A stretch of 63,004 nt of DNA, filler included, from Dugesia japonica (Eukaryota), in the NCBI GenBank assembly GCA_001938525.1. It is 5 parts of 5 records of this genome, joined end to end, with 100 filler letters (N's around TTAATTAATTAA, not from the genome) between each part and the next. Parts side by side here need not be neighbours in the genome. Positions count along the whole stretch, not along the records: positions 1 to 14,782 come from MQRL01587507.1; positions 14,883 to 26,990 come from MQRL01589678.1; 3 more parts are not named here. One strand, given 5' to 3'. The stretch's first letter is position 1. The number at the start of each line of letters is the position of its first letter. The position numbers and the translations under genes were made by a program. This document shows positions 11,107 through 25,850 of the stretch, one piece after another. The notes beneath the pieces are model-generated. The model was not told the origin of the DNA. It was given only the letters and a program-made list of their open reading frames with translations, and searched no databases.

Positions 11107-11769
11107 AAAATTCTCAACATGAAAGCAAAACTAGCACAGTTTAAATACAAAAAATATCAATTTAAATTTAGATATTTAATTTTCAAATAATTAATTTATT
11201 ACGTCGTGGTTTTTTATTGTGTTTATAAAATATATTGCATTTCATTATTATCTAGTTTCAAAATGACTAAAGAATATATTAAATTTATTTATGATGATTA
11301 TAAAGAAAAATTAATCGAAGTTATTTAAGAAGAAGACATGAAAAACGAAGAGGAATTATATCCAGATCAAAAAGCAACATTTATTTTTATTATTAATATT
11401 ATTTTATTCATGTTTTTAGTTATTCTTAAGGGGATATTTCTAGAAATATTTCGGATAGTAAAGGTGCTAGTCGAAACATGGAAATATAATTTCTGGGAAT
11501 ATATGGACTATCTACTAGAAATCGATTTTGATTCCGNAGTTGTAGCCTACGAACGACAAATCGCTTTCGCTATAATATTGGAAGAATATACCAGAAAGAA
11601 TTTAAAGCTTAAATTTGATGTAGCTTTGTATGGAAAATAAAGAAAACAACTTGTGAATGTACAAACCGAACCTCTTTTGGGCACAAATAGTGATTGGTAT
11701 AAAAATATTTTTATAAAAAAATAAATGATATCTAAATTACTTGTGTTTAATTTTTTGATATTAATAAAA

Positions 11770-12125
11770 ACGAATTTATGTAATAAAACACTTTTATAAG
11801 TTTTCAACTTCTCATCTTTCAAAACTCTTTGAATCGTGGTTGGTGGAATATTAGTTTCTTCGAATCGAAGTTTTACCATTTGTATCATCCAATGCATCTT
11901 TAATAACGGTTTTACATCCACTGGCTAAAGAAATCATCCCATGAGGTACATTGAGAACACTGCCAGTTGTCGGAAATTTCCGAATAAGTTTGGTTACTGA
12001 CGAACAGGTGCGTGGGTTTTTAATTAAATTTCTTTCCCTATTGATTTGTCTGATTGCAGTTGAAGGAGAATTTGAATTTGCATAATAACATCAAATGATG
12101 TAAATTTTCAAATCGAGATTCATAT
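11770..12125 (-). mobile_element. Tc1/IS630-like transposase N-terminal HTH fragment (DUF4817-type)
   Basis: CYYANSNSPSTAIRQ..PRTCSSVTKLIRKFPTTGSVLNVP..TSIRR / TNIPPTTIQRVLKDEKLKTYK. Confidence 0.7.
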
Positions 12126-12346
12126 GCATATTTATGATATTTTTAATAAATATATTATTTAAACAAAATCTANNNNNNNNNNNNNNNNNTTTTGAAATTT
12201 AAATAAAATATAGTATGCTACAAAACTGATAGGCAAAACAATTTTTTCCTTGGTTTTGAAACAACAAAATGATAATTATTATAAAAAATTAAATTAAATA
12301 AAAAATTTAAGAAATATTATTGAAATTGAAAAAATAATCTATAAAC

Positions 12347-12500
12347 CTTGATTTTCAAAGTTGGACGAATTTGTTCCATATTCAATTGTTAAAGGGTTTA
12401 AAAAGTAGCTTTGATTTGATTTATTTACAGAATTTATTTGAAATCTTTCCTCATTATTAATCTTTTTTTGAATTAACGATTGACCTGATATTGGTTCTAC
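12347..12500 (-). CDS. Possible isolated host exon, unknown protein
   Basis: ttttaattAG acceptor, 154-nt open frame VEPISGQSLIQKKINNEERFQ..SSNFENQ, GT donor. No recognisable homology. Confidence 0.25.
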
Positions 12501-14782
12501 CTAATTAAAACAAAATGATTTAAGGTTAGAAAAACGAAAAATATTATGTAGTCAACAAAAAAAGTGGTTTGTAAACTTTATCAGGATAGTCAATTATTAA
12601 ACAATGCAAAGCTAAATCCTTCATGCTTTCTATTGTTCAATTATTTACGAAGCGATTTTATTACCAAACCAGTATCTTTCTTTTATTTTAAAATGAGGAT
12701 AATAAAACCGGATATTGGTTAAGTGATGATAAAAAATTGACAATCTTGGAGTTATTAAATCTTCATTAAGCAGTTTTTAAACAATGAATAATAATAATAA
12801 TATAAATTATTATAAAATTATATAAATACTATGTAAGTTTCAACAAATAGTAGAAATTTAAATTTCTACTAAATTTGTACCAAATTTTATTAAAACAATT
12901 TACTAGATCACTCAATTTAATGAGAAATTTTAGGAATATTTACTTATCATTAAAATAAATGTTATTTATCTAAAACTTATCAAGTGATCATCATTAGGAA
13001 AAAACCAAGACAGATTCAATAGCAGGATTAGAAAAAAATTGTATGATAATTGACAAATCATCGATTTCGATTTGACCAGTTGATAAAGAGTAATTTTAGC
13101 TGTTTAAACAAAGATTTATTTATTATTTATAGCAGTCATATCTAGTTGTAAAGTTGACTATTTTTCAGCAAGAGATTTTTAGTTTTTCGTGATATGAAAA
13201 ATGAAAAGCAAATAAATAAATAAAAAAAACATAAATAAATTTAATTTAAAGTTATTTAAGCAATATTAATTAAAGATCAACTTGTTATTTAAAATTGATA
13301 TTATAATTGTTATTACTATTGAAAGCTATATTACCAGTGTATTTAATATTTGTAATTAAAGGTCCGGAAAAGAGATTTATTATTATTTAAATCAATATTA
13401 TTAAATTATTATTATTACAATAATAATTATTATTATTATATGTTAAGATTAGGAAAGAATTACTGAAATAAAATACTATTTAGGAAAGAATAGGGAAATT
13501 TTATTTAGTATTTTATATTGTTATTAAACTATTTATATTTGAACATGTATTACTCCTTATTTATATTCCAATGTCCAATAACCCGGATTTTTAAGAATAT
13601 TATTTTAAAAAATCAGTTCGTCCTGATTGACTGCGTATAAGTTCAATCAACTAGATGACAATGAAAAACTCTAAATTTGTTTGTTTGGTCCTGCAGAATA
13701 TATAGAATATTTATGATGATCACACTGTTATCGGGTGAGCATCGAGGCCACAGAAGAATTACTCGCTAACAACAGGTGAGAACTGAGATTAACAAATGTT
13801 CTAGATACCGTATCGCGTGAGCACCGATGAAATGAGAATGAATAGTTTATCATATTGTATTGAGTATTGTATTGATGTAAAGAAACAAGAATAAATATGT
13901 ATACTATCGGCGGTGACCATCTCAGGATAAATCTCAAAATTTTCTTCTACAATTCCAAAATGGTACAGCCCAACTGTGTAACTGTCAATGTTGATGATAA
14001 AAATTGCTATATAAGCAATTTCTAAAAAAATTACCATAAAAGACCTTAAAAATTTTTCATCACTAAACAGTTTTAAAAAATTATAAAAATTTTCACAAAA
14101 GTTTTTATCTTAAAGTCTAAATTTCCGGAGAAAAAACTAAAGGTCATTTTGAATTATTAACCATTTTAATGATTATTTGGATCTTTATAACATAAACATT
14201 GGGTGAGATCATCCACCACTAACCTGATAATGTTATTAACGATAGAAAGGTTAGAAAGTAAGTGAAGGCAAATAACTTAAAGTGATGTAAGCAAATAATA
14301 TGAATTGATAAAAACTCTTGAAGGCAAATAACATAAAGTGATAAATAATATTGATATATTAAATAATGAATGAAGTAAAAGCAAATGATATAAAGGGATG
14401 ACAACCAAAAATAAAGTTACTAATCGAGATAACTAAAAGATGAGAAAGGTCGATAACTAAACAAATAATTAAATTCAAATTTAACAGTAAATGAAATACG
14501 ATTGGTAGTGTTGAAAAAAAGAGCACTATTAGAGAATGCTGTAAACTGACGATATTAAATGAATTGATAAAGGTGAAGGTTAAGCTCTAATAAATGAGAA
14601 GAATGTTGAAAAACATATATGGTGGTGCTTAGTCCCTTCTCATTTTCGATTGGATTTCGAATTTATGAAAATTTATTGTAAGATATTTTTGAATTAACAA
14701 TATCAATTTTATTTTATAATTTTAGCTTATTAATGTAATTTACGTTTCATTTTAATTAATATCATTTACTAATATAAGACAG

Positions 14783-14882
14783 NNNNNNNNNNNNNNNNNN
14801 NNNNNNNNNNNNNNNNNNNNNNNNNNTTAATTAATTAANNNNNNNNNNNNNNNNNNNNNNNNNNNNNNNNNNNNNNNNNNNN
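14783..14882. other. Artificial contig spacer 44N-TTAATTAATTAA-44N
   Basis: Exactly 100 bp, stop codons in all six frames, identical at four sites. Confidence 0.95.
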
Positions 14883-16253
14883 TACGTAAAATCACCAGTG
14901 ATTTCAATTTTTTCACATATGCTTTAAATTCACAATATTTGAAATGTTAAAAAAAACAAATAGAAATACTTAGGAGAAAATAATTTCCAAATAATTAAAT
15001 CAATGTTTTCCATTTTAATATACTACAATTTAATTGGACTTTTCAGGATACCCAAAATTTCTTAAAACAGATATATTAAGGATCACTATTGAAATAAATG
15101 AACAAATATCAAAAGGCCAAGTACAATGGACAAGTAAATTCAAACAAAATTTAAATAAACTAATGAACAATTAAATTTTTTTCCAATTTAACAATATTTA
15201 TAAAATCTCCTTGGCAACGGAAATAAATTTCACCTTTCGTATTGTTTGTACATAAAAATTAAACTGAGCTTGAAATTTAATTTTCTTGTTAGTATTGCAT
15301 TTGTAAATAAAATATTTACAGAAAAATTCACAGAATACTTTCACATTTATTTTTGAATAGTTAATTTAAGAAAATTTCACACATTTCAATTGGAAATTAT
15401 TTATGGCAACGACTTTTATATAATCCCATTATTGTATAATGCACTTAAAATACAACGTTGATAATTCTTTATTCTTCTTAATCTAGTCAATATGGATACC
15501 TACATAATCAAAAAATAGTTTAGTAAAACATCATTTTTAAAAATTTTCGCTAATTACATACTATAAACAAATGAATTTCAAAAAATTGATATGCTTTTTT
15601 AGAATTCAGAGTTGATAATTCGATATTTTATTAGAAAATATTTAATTATATAACTTCCAAAAATGAAAATTAATAAAATTTCCGTAATTTAAGATTTTAA
15701 AGAATGGGTTTAAAATCCGAGTNNNNNNNNNNNNNNNNNNNNNNNNNNNNNNNNNNNNNNNNNNNNNNNNNNNNNNNNNNNNNNNNNNNNNNNNNNNNNN
15801 NNNNNNNNNNNNNNNNNNNNNNNNNNNNNNNNNNNNNNNNNNNNNNNNTAATAAATTTCCAAAGTATAACCGCATTTAGATAAATTTGGTAAACAGTCGC
15901 CATTTTGTAATGTAGTCAATACACTTGATAGGACATCAATATTTTCTATCTGTATTACGAATGTAGCATAAACAAACCAATGAAATTAAAACACACATTA
16001 TAACAACACAAGGTTAGAAAAATAATCGCTTGCTCATCATTACTTTCATTATGTGTGTATTTAGTTATGCTATTTTGTTAGAATATATTATTGATTTTTA
16101 ATGGAATCAATTATACATACACACTATTTTTCTAGTTTCTAGATTACTCTATTTTAGCATTGCATTTGTAAATAATTTCTAATTCGTGATCTATAGAATT
16201 GGAATATATAGTGCACCTTTTATGTTAACTTAAGTGGAATATTTGTTTTGATA

Positions 16254-19200
16254 ATGAAAATTACTCGTTATTTGTGGATTAATAATTTATCAAACAATTG
16301 TGAAGAAAATGATATACGTCAAACGTTTCAAAGGTAAATTTTATAACTAATTTAAACATGTTAAAACGAGCTTTTTGGAATATCACATTTTCTAAAATGT
16401 TAATTGTAATTTATGCAGCCATGGGAAAATTCAAACGATAAGAATTCACAAAAATAATAATTCAAGAGGTGCTATAGTTGCATTTATAGATTGTAAATCA
16501 TCAACCAAAGCTTTTGAAAGCGTTAAAACTCTAATGGATATGCCACTAAAGTTGGAATATTGTGAAGCAAATGGAGAACCTGGAATTAATTGCTTAGGAA
16601 ATAATGGAAATAATTCTGAAAATATGAAGTATAACATGTTAAATGTTTACAAGTTGAATTCTAATAATTGTCAACATTATAGAGTTATTGAAAAAAATCA
16701 TCAGAAACAAGGATTCAAAACTAGTACATCATCAAGATCTAGAAGTAATAGTAGTAATACTAGTAGTTTTGGGTCATCTATAGATGATTGTTCAAAGTAA
16801 TTATTTTATTATTTAATTCAATTGATTTGTATGTAAACTAATTTTAAACAAATGGTATCTGTTAGATACACATTTATTAAATAATCGATTTGTTATAGTT
16901 AAATCAATTTTATTATTAAATGGCAGTCAAAATTTATTAAATTGATTTTAACTATGCTAATTAATTCAAGGTATCCTGGAATTCAACAAACTAAACGTGT
17001 TGATGAAAATAGCAACAATTATGATATGAATGAAATTGATAAAAGTAAAATATCAAACAATAGTTCTGAGCCGATTGAAGCTGACAAACAATGTTTAAAT
17101 AAAGAATTATGTGGATTACTTATAGAAAATTTATCTCAACGTTCATCAGATACAAGTTTACGAGAAGGATTATTTCATGAATACAAAAAACATGGCAAAA
17201 TAACTTCAGTAACAGTGATGGGACAAGCCAGTGGACGTTATGCTATTATTTCTTTTAAACGAAGCGAAGATATGGAGAAAGCTTTTGAAGCATCTCAGGG
17301 GAAAATATTTTTTGGCAATCAAATCAAAGCAAAACAACACAATGGATTTAATTATATCGATCCAGATCTTTGTCCACCAGAACATGCGATGGATGAGTAT
17401 CATCCGAAAGCAACGAAAACTTTGTTTGTTGGAAAATTAACAACTGGATCTGTTAATGAATCCGATTTGAAGAAAACCTTCAAAAAATACGGAGAAATAA
17501 TAGTTAGCAAAAATAATTAATTTTGATGATTGAATTTTTACATATTTCGTTTTGTCACAGGATATTGATATTAAAACACAGAGTAATCAACCAGATACGT
17601 CATTTGCATTCGTGCAATATTACGACATTTCAAGTGTAGTTCGTGCATTACGCAATCAAGACAACATTAAAATCGATAACAAATCCGTTAAATTAGGATT
17701 CGGTAAAAGCCAACCAACAAATTGTTTATGGATTGGGAATTTACAACGTAACACAAATGACGCTTTTCTCAGGAGACATTTTCGGAGATATGGATCGATT
17801 ATGATCGTGATTCCTGATCCGGAATATTCATGTGCTCTCATCCAATTTGACTGTATTGAAGATGCACAACGAGCATTGACTGACACTCGAGAAAGATCGA
17901 ATGGAAACAACAATAACAATAATAATAACAATAACAACAACAATAAAAGAATGCAAGTGGATTACGCAAGCAATGAATANCAAATGGCATTTATGAATCG
18001 TTTGAGAAAATCATGCCAATTTGATACTCACGATTTCATGAAAACTTATGCCGATCCTTATCAGTAAGTTGAAATAAATTTTCAATTAGAATACCTTTTG
18101 ACTATTAATTAAATCAATCAATTAATTAAGTTTATTATTAGCTAAATTAATTCAATATTAATTAATTATAAATTTTATTAATTAATTAAATTAATTAGGA
18201 CGGAAAAAATCCAGAATTTACTAATTTCATATACGAAATATTTGGGATTATTAGAGGAAACACGACCGCAATCATTTGACAGATATGAAAACAAGAGTGA
18301 TTATGAAGAATACGATGAAACATATTCTGGTAGACAACCTCGTCATAGAAAATCTGGACATCAACGTGCATATGGAGATAATTATGGAATCGAGGATGAT
18401 TACAGTGATGATTACCGATATTCTAAATCGAATACGAGACATTATGATGATTATTCGCCAACTCATTCGCCTGTTCGTTACTCTCGTTCTAATCAGAAAT
18501 TCTCATCGGAACAATATAATTCTCGTAAATCGAATTATCGATATAATAACGATTATTATGATACGAAACATGAGCAAGTTTCCAGTTCGAATGCATATTA
18601 TCCTCATCGTCGTAGTCCGGAGCCTGGATTTATACATTCTAATCATAATCGCAGTTACAGCCCGTCACCAACATCGTCAGTGGATTATTGCGTCGATAAT
18701 TCCCGGTATAATCTCACAAGCAAGCAACGATACAGACATAATAGTAAAGATTATCGTTCTAGTCGATCAAAAGTTGTCGATAGTCACGAATCTCGTAGTT
18801 CGCGTTATGAAAGAACGTCTGAAAATCGAAGTTGGAATAAATCTAATCGATATGATTATAATGGATATATTCAATATCGTTCTAAATCTGGCAGTCGACA
18901 CTCGCGAATATCTGGAAGTATTTCTCCAAATTCTCGGCATTCTGTCAGCCAACAACGTAGTTATCGTAATGAATCTACGAAGAAAAACCGTACCCGTAAA
19001 ATCGTTAGTAATTCAACCGCTACTGATCAAATGCGTCAATCGGTACAAAAGTCTATTCCTAAACCAAATAATTCCAAATCGACTCCTTCTACATATATTA
19101 CAAAAACTAATATCAATAATAATAATCTTGACGCATCGATTGTTTCTTTAACGGATGCAGCAAAATCATCTATCAATTCTATAAACACTAACAATACAGT

Positions 19201-22200
19201 TTCTCAATCAGCTGATACTCTCTCGAAATTAGAGCGTGAACGAGCGAAATTGCTGCAAGAATTATCAATGTTAAGTGAAGACGGTGGCGGTGTCAGTGCT
19301 AGTAACAAAACTGTCAAATCATCATCATCTTCATCATCGAAACTCAATGATCTAGAAACACGTAGCGGTAGTCACAAATCTCAAAGAAAGCATGCATCAC
19401 CACCTAATATTGTCGCTAATGAGTCTAGTCAACCTGTTAAAACTGCAGTGCCAAGTGCAACCGGAAACATCATTGATTATACCAATAATAACAGTAATAT
19501 CGATTCCACTCTCCAATCACAACACTTGTTACATGAAGACAAATCGAAAATCGCAGAAGTTATTAAAATCGAAGAAAAATGTGAAACAATTCCAATTACG
19601 CCATCAATAATATTGGAAAATATTAATATCAAATCAGAATCGTATTTGACATCATCAATCGATACAACTCTACCAAAATCTGAAATTATGGATTTATATG
19701 GCATGGAATCATCTAATTTATCGAAAATCTCTCATTCTGTGATGATTTCATCAAGTTCCGATGTTGTTTCCAATGAATCTGTCAATTCTATTCAGTGTCG
19801 TGATCCCAGACTAACTTGTTCAAATTATAATATTCGTTCGTTACCATCTACATTTTGTTCTCTTTCTCCTGTCGAGCATAACTTATCGGTATCAGTTGCT
19901 ATGCCAATCACGACTACTGTCAGTTCAGCATCATTTTTCTCAGATTCTACCACCAACAATACCTCACAAACATTATCTCTCATTACTAGCAGTTACAAAG
20001 ATTCTACTAGTGATTCTGATCTTGATCATTTCAGTAATGTCGAAAATGAGGTCGATAAACGAATTCGTGAACTCGATGCAAAACTCAATCGTTCAGAGCA
20101 AAACGTTCGCACATTGGATTATAGTAAATTTCGAATCAGAAAGAAAGTTTGTGATAATATTGGAAATTGTTCGACATCTTATAACAGTAGTGGATTAATT
20201 TCATCTCCAACGTGTTTATCAGCACCAATTTCCTCTTTGTCGGTGACTTCAAGTTTANTGGATGTTGGTTATTCAAATATCAATCGTGATAACAATTCCA
20301 ATACTTCGGAATTTATCAAAACTATGCTCAATCAAACCAAACCAAAAAGCTATCATTTGTTGACAGATAGTTTGCCGACTACTGATCATTTGACGTGTAA
20401 TTATTCTGCTGTGGTGTCAACAAATTCTTTGTCTTTTAGAACTGTCGATCTTGGAGCTAATGATATTGAACGTCGAACTCTATATTCCCGATATGGATCT
20501 ATGGCTTCAAATAGTCTTCCATTATTGGATACTAAACTTAGTGTTGATACAACTCATTTGAGTCCAACAATTAACACATTCAATTCGAGATTTGTGTCGA
20601 CAACAAGCTCCATCAGTAATTCTAAAATGCCATCAACATTAACAATTTCTCCAACTGCAACAATTAGTAGCACCACTTCTACACCGACTATTCTCCATGA
20701 TTCTAATCAACCTATGAAATCAATATTGAAAAAATCCATTCCTACAACACCAGTTACTCCAAAACCCTCATCAGAACTGCCTTCTATTGGAAAATTTAAA
20801 GCCTCAATAGACTGTACAAACACTGCTGAATCAAAACCATTATCAAAAAAATCATCATCTAATTCTCTTAAACGTAAATCCCAATCCGAATCAGAAGATA
20901 GTATTGAATATTCATCAAAACCACCAAAGAAAATCAAAATTGAATCAGGTCCCGTATTAGACGATTCGTTATTCCAAACATATCCTTCAGCACCAGTTAA
21001 AAAATTCAAAAAATCGAAAAATATTTTTACAACTGCAACTTCGTCGTACGTATCAAAATACGAAGATAAAAATTCTATTGTAACGAAAAAATCTCCATCT
21101 TCTAATATGGTTTACGGCAACAATAATTCCAGTAACAGAAATAGCGTAAACAGTGAGAAAATTGGTGTGTCAAAAAAATCAGGAAAAATCAACCAATCAA
21201 ATTATTCTAATCAAAAATCAAGTAAATTGTATAAAGATAAGAAAAAATCAAGTTCTAAATTATCAATTTCTAAAAAATCGAAACCTAAAGTTACTTCAAA
21301 CAGAAAAAACAAACAAATTAAGTCGGAAAAAATTAAAAAATCTACAAAGCGATATAAAGAAAAGGAGTTTTATGACCATAACAGTAATAATGATATTAAA
21401 GAAGACGATGTTGAAGATAATAATCATGATCTTAGCGAATTCGACGATGATTTCGATAAAGATAGCGAATCCTCAGATATTGGAAATTATGAATCCATGT
21501 ATGATAAAATCAAACGTAGAAATAGTAAGAAATCCGTGTCTTCTGGTAAAAAAAGACGTAATAAACATTTAAACTCCCTTGCAAATGCAGCGAGTTCGGA
21601 TGCAATGGATAGTGAAGACAGTGAATATTGGATAAGTAAGACCAGTAAAAAATGCATCCCAGCTAAACGAAAAAGAGCTCGACTGTCTGATCTTAGTAGC
21701 AGTCATTTTTCCGATAGTAATTCTTGTAAAACTACACCTTGCGGTAAATCACAAGAGCCTCATCTATCGTCAGATTATTCCGATATTAAATCAGATATAG
21801 TTAATCAAAATAGTTTTTACAATTTGAAAGTTGCTGATGAAAATACTAAAGACGAGTCAGTAACTGATGAAAGTAAAGCTCCTGCAGAATCATTCAACCT
21901 CAGTAGTCCACATAATTCGTCTCAGTGTTCAAGTCCAAAATATGGTAAAGAAGTTAATACGGTATCGATAAATAAAGATGTTGAAACTACTAATGTGATT
22001 GCGCAATCCATGTTGACATTCCGAGCCAGGTCTTTACATCGACCTAATGAAGGTCCTCTTAAAAAACGACCAATTGCTGAACCTATCGTATTGTCAGAAG
22101 ATCTACCATATTTAGAAAAACAGGCAGATGAAGAATTTATTGCTACTAGTCCGACTAGTATAAATGAGGAACCCCCGAGTCAATTGGAATCGATGTATGA

Positions 22201-24787
22201 TATGCCTTCATCTCAACAGACCAATGTTTTGGAAGAAGTAATATTAGATGATCATCAACACGCATTGGATGTTGTTGAAGTTGAGTATGGTTTACAAGAT
22301 GTTACCAATGATTTAAATCAAATCGAGGTAGATCCTCCTTTACCCGCAGATGTAAATTCAGCTTCGCATATTCTCATGACAATGAAAACACAACCCAATA
22401 TTGATATCGAGTATGCAAATATTACAATAAATAATGAGCCTGATCAGCAAATACAATCCGTCGCGGAACATTTGATAAGTCTCGCACAAAATTCAATTGT
22501 TAGTTCTATTGGATTACCTCAATGTGAATCAGCTGTGATGGTCACCGAAGAAGAAAAGCAATCACAAATTGCATCTTCCCGTGCATGTAAAGTGAGTAAT
22601 TCAAATAGTAAACAGAAGGATTATGAAGTAACAAACTATGTGAAAAATATTATTGATAAAATTAAAAAAGAAACTGACTTAGCAAATCTATTGAATAAAG
22701 ATAAATTGGTTTGTAAACGAAGTAAGAAATCAAATCCGTCAAATATAGCCTTGAGTAAACCGATAAATCAAGAATCTAGGCCAATTTTACCATTAGATAT
22801 TGATATAAATAATCGCACATCAGTAAGCACAACTTTCCAACAAATAGACCAATCTATTGTTTCTTCAAATAGTTTAATAATGCCAATCACTCAATTACAG
22901 GAACCAGCTCATCAGGCTCCACAACAACCAGTACCACAATCACAACCACAAACACAACCACAACAAAAATGCCAATTAATCAAACCTCTTGAAACAAAGA
23001 AATCAATTCAATCAGAAGAAGCAGCAAGTACTCCATCAACTGGTCGTAGAACTCGTCATAATAGTGCAAAATCGGATAGTCAGCTGCAGTCCCTTGATGA
23101 AACCATTGATAACGTTGTAAAAAGCTCTATGAGTTCGTCTGTATCAGATGCAGTATCAAATAAATCCACTCTTGACGGAGATAATAATCCTGATGGTGAA
23201 TTATTGAAATCTAATTCCAATGAAATAAGTTCTGTAACAAAATGTGGTGATTTTTCGTCTCTGGAAGAAACGATGAATGAAGTAATTCATAAAATGAACA
23301 TTAGTTCTCCAAATGTTGTAACCAACACAGCACAGTTGGCAATGTCAGAAGTAGATGCTGTTAAAACTGTGAATAACAATGCCAAAGTATCTATTCCAAG
23401 TCAGGAAATAAGTAAACCAAAAAAACTCAATGTTAACCATGTTAAACCTCCAATGTATCAATTATCTGGTAATATGAGCGGTATCACCAATCTATTACTA
23501 GGAATTCCATCCATATTAACTGTCAATTGTCAAACAAATGCATTGGGACAGAATAAAATGCCTTCACAATTAACACTTCCTATCAGTAAATTAGCTGTTT
23601 CGACTATCCAATCAAATATCGTCTCAGCATCCACTCTAGTTCCGTCAAGTATAACACTTCACAGTCAACCGAATTCTGTAACAAGTGTTCAGTCTACTGA
23701 AGTTATGCTTACGAAATTGAATTCACTCACTCCAATAATGATTCCTGCACCATTGAGAAATCTTACACCAATTGGTCAAAATAATAATTTATCAAGTCAA
23801 TCTTTAATAGCTAGTAGACCGTTGTCAAATCCGGTTTGCGGCACTATAATGAGTGGATCAAATCCAAATACATCTGATAATTCTTCGTCCAAACTTATCA
23901 GTGTTTCCTTAACACCATCTATAAATAAGCCTATCACAAGTCCTATAAATGTAGTACCAAGGTCTCCTATCACTCCTAATCCGGGTTTAAATCTATCGAA
24001 ACTTCCCAACTCGGTAGATGTACTTAATAATTATATATTCATGCAAAGACAAGTTAATCAGGCTAAATCAAAAATGCCAAATATGTGCCAACAATCAACA
24101 TCCAATGATAATAATGTCTCCCAAAATGTTCCTGGTTTGACAGCATCTATTAGTAATACTGGTCATTCGATTATTTTATCCCAATTAACTCATGCCAACA
24201 CTGTATTATCTCCAATTAATACAGCTTATTTAACTGCTTCCGTTAATAGAACAACTAACCCAACTACAAATTTGTTGCAGTCTTTACCAACCACCAACGG
24301 TATTACTCCGGGAATTTCCAATGTTGCTCCTTCATCTGTTATACTGAGACCTATGAACATTCCACTTCCAAAATTTGAAGAGAAAGATGACTGGTTAAAA
24401 CAAAACAAACAAGTTGAATTAAACTTTCCAATACGATGGACCGGTAAATTGTGCCTTAAGAATGATGAAGTATTTGTTCAAATGCATATGATTGCTGGCA
24501 ATGAAGATTTGATAAAAAATAGCATGAACTTAATTTCTAATGGTCAAATTTTATCTCAGCCCCTAAGAATAGTTCAAAGAATGAGATTAGAACCAAATCA
24601 GTTAGAAGGTCTTCAAAGGCGATTAACTCGACCGCTTGAATTTTGTACTTGTTTGACATTAGCAGGTGGAGATAAGTCAGATGAATTAAGCCGAACCAGT
24701 TCTATCTTGAATGATAATTTCATCAAATATCTCCAGGAAAAGTCAGCAGCTGGTATTATCAATATATGCATACCAGAATCACAACAG
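16254..24787 (+). CDS. spen: Split ends / SHARP (Msx2-interacting protein) ortholog; exons 16254-16333, 16419-16796, 16971-17502, 17561-18063, 18199-24787; terminal exon not found
   Basis: RRM1 MKITRYLWINNL..AFIDCKSS (cf. SPEN MVRETRHLWVGNL); RRM2 LSQRSSDTSLREGLFHEYKKHG; DEYHPKATKTLFVG; DIDIK..KLGFGKSQPTNCLW; YESMYDKIKRR; SPOC FPIRWTGKLCLKND..LRIVQRMRLE..KYLQEKSAAGII. All introns are GT-AG with consistent phases. Confidence 0.96.
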
Positions 24788-25176
24788 GTACTTGTCAGAT
24801 TATTTNNNNNNNNNNNNNNNNNNNNNNNNNNNNNNNNNNNNNNNNNNNNNNNNNNNNNNNNNNNNNNNNNNNNNNNNNNNNNNNNNNNNNNNNNNNNNNN
24901 NNNNNNNNNNNNNNNNNNNNNNNNNNNNNNNNNNNNNNNNNNNNNNNNNNNNNNNNNNNNNNNTATTGAAATATTGAATTATTAACCAATTATAACATCA
25001 CATAATTATTTAGCTGAAATATTTGTTAAGACAATTTTTTCACAACTGTCACATCACACACACACAGGATCATTATGTTCTATTCTGAATATAATTTATT
25101 TGTTATAATCGATGTCCACAATAGGGTGCAAACTATGTAACTGCACTCCATAGATTCTTTATAAATACTAATACTA

Positions 25177-25850
25177 TTTAACCCTTTCATTGCCTATGAT
25201 GCCAAATCGAGTCAGTGAATATTTTGTTCAGGAATACAAATATATGCTCATTGTTTGGTTTGTGTGATTATTCAAGTCATGGCACACACACACACACAAA
25301 TGAATGCAACTTGATGTTTTTATTGGCTTATTTAGTGTGATATTCCCAATATGGTAAGCTAACTAATAATTCTTTTCCCTAAAAAGGGCTATTAAATTTC
25401 TAATAAATGTAATATTTCTTTATTATGTGGTATGTTAAAAATATCTCAGCATGATTTTCACTAACGTAAATAAAATTTTCCGTAAAAAGTGATAAAATTG
25501 TTTTTTATTTATCAATTTGAAACCCGTGAAATTTGGAACGTATTCTTCACATTAAGCGGGTATTACTGTATAGTATTGATTGTTCAAATTTTGAATTTTG
25601 ACAAATTTAAATTATCATAATCAAAAATAATAAGTTTAAAATTAATTCTATATTTTTCAGAAAATAAATATTTGCATTTAGTAACACTTATTAATTATCT
25701 GTTTCATTACCAAATTAAATTCTATTGGGGAAAACATTAGTTAGTTAAATTAGCATATCGAGTATAAAAAAACATCAGGTTGTATTCATATTGTGTGTGT
25801 GATGACTTGACCAATGACATAAATCAAACAATGAACATATTTCTATTAAA
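25177..25850. mobile_element. Degenerate non-autonomous DNA element with ~85-bp inverted repeats (25238-25322 vs 25765-25850)
   Basis: atatgctcattgtttggtttgtgt..caagtcat..cacacaca..atgaatgcaacttgatgttttt has an inverted copy; a TTAA-CCCTTT piggyBac-like left end lies at ~25178. Confidence 0.45.

Noticed and set aside
12966-13061. Signal-peptide-like minus-strand ORF MICQLSYNFFLILLLNLSWFFP
   Set aside because: Stops after 31 codons with no convincing splice donor; hydrophobic frames are common in AT-rich DNA.
14827-14838. TTAATTAATTAA as a conserved motif or piggyBac target site
   Set aside because: Always centred in exactly 44+44 Ns, so it is an artificial linker.
18276-19151. 291-aa overlapping ORF within spen
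   Set aside because: Ile/Val-rich shadow frame of the Ser/Arg/Tyr/Asp-rich exon; no independent motifs.
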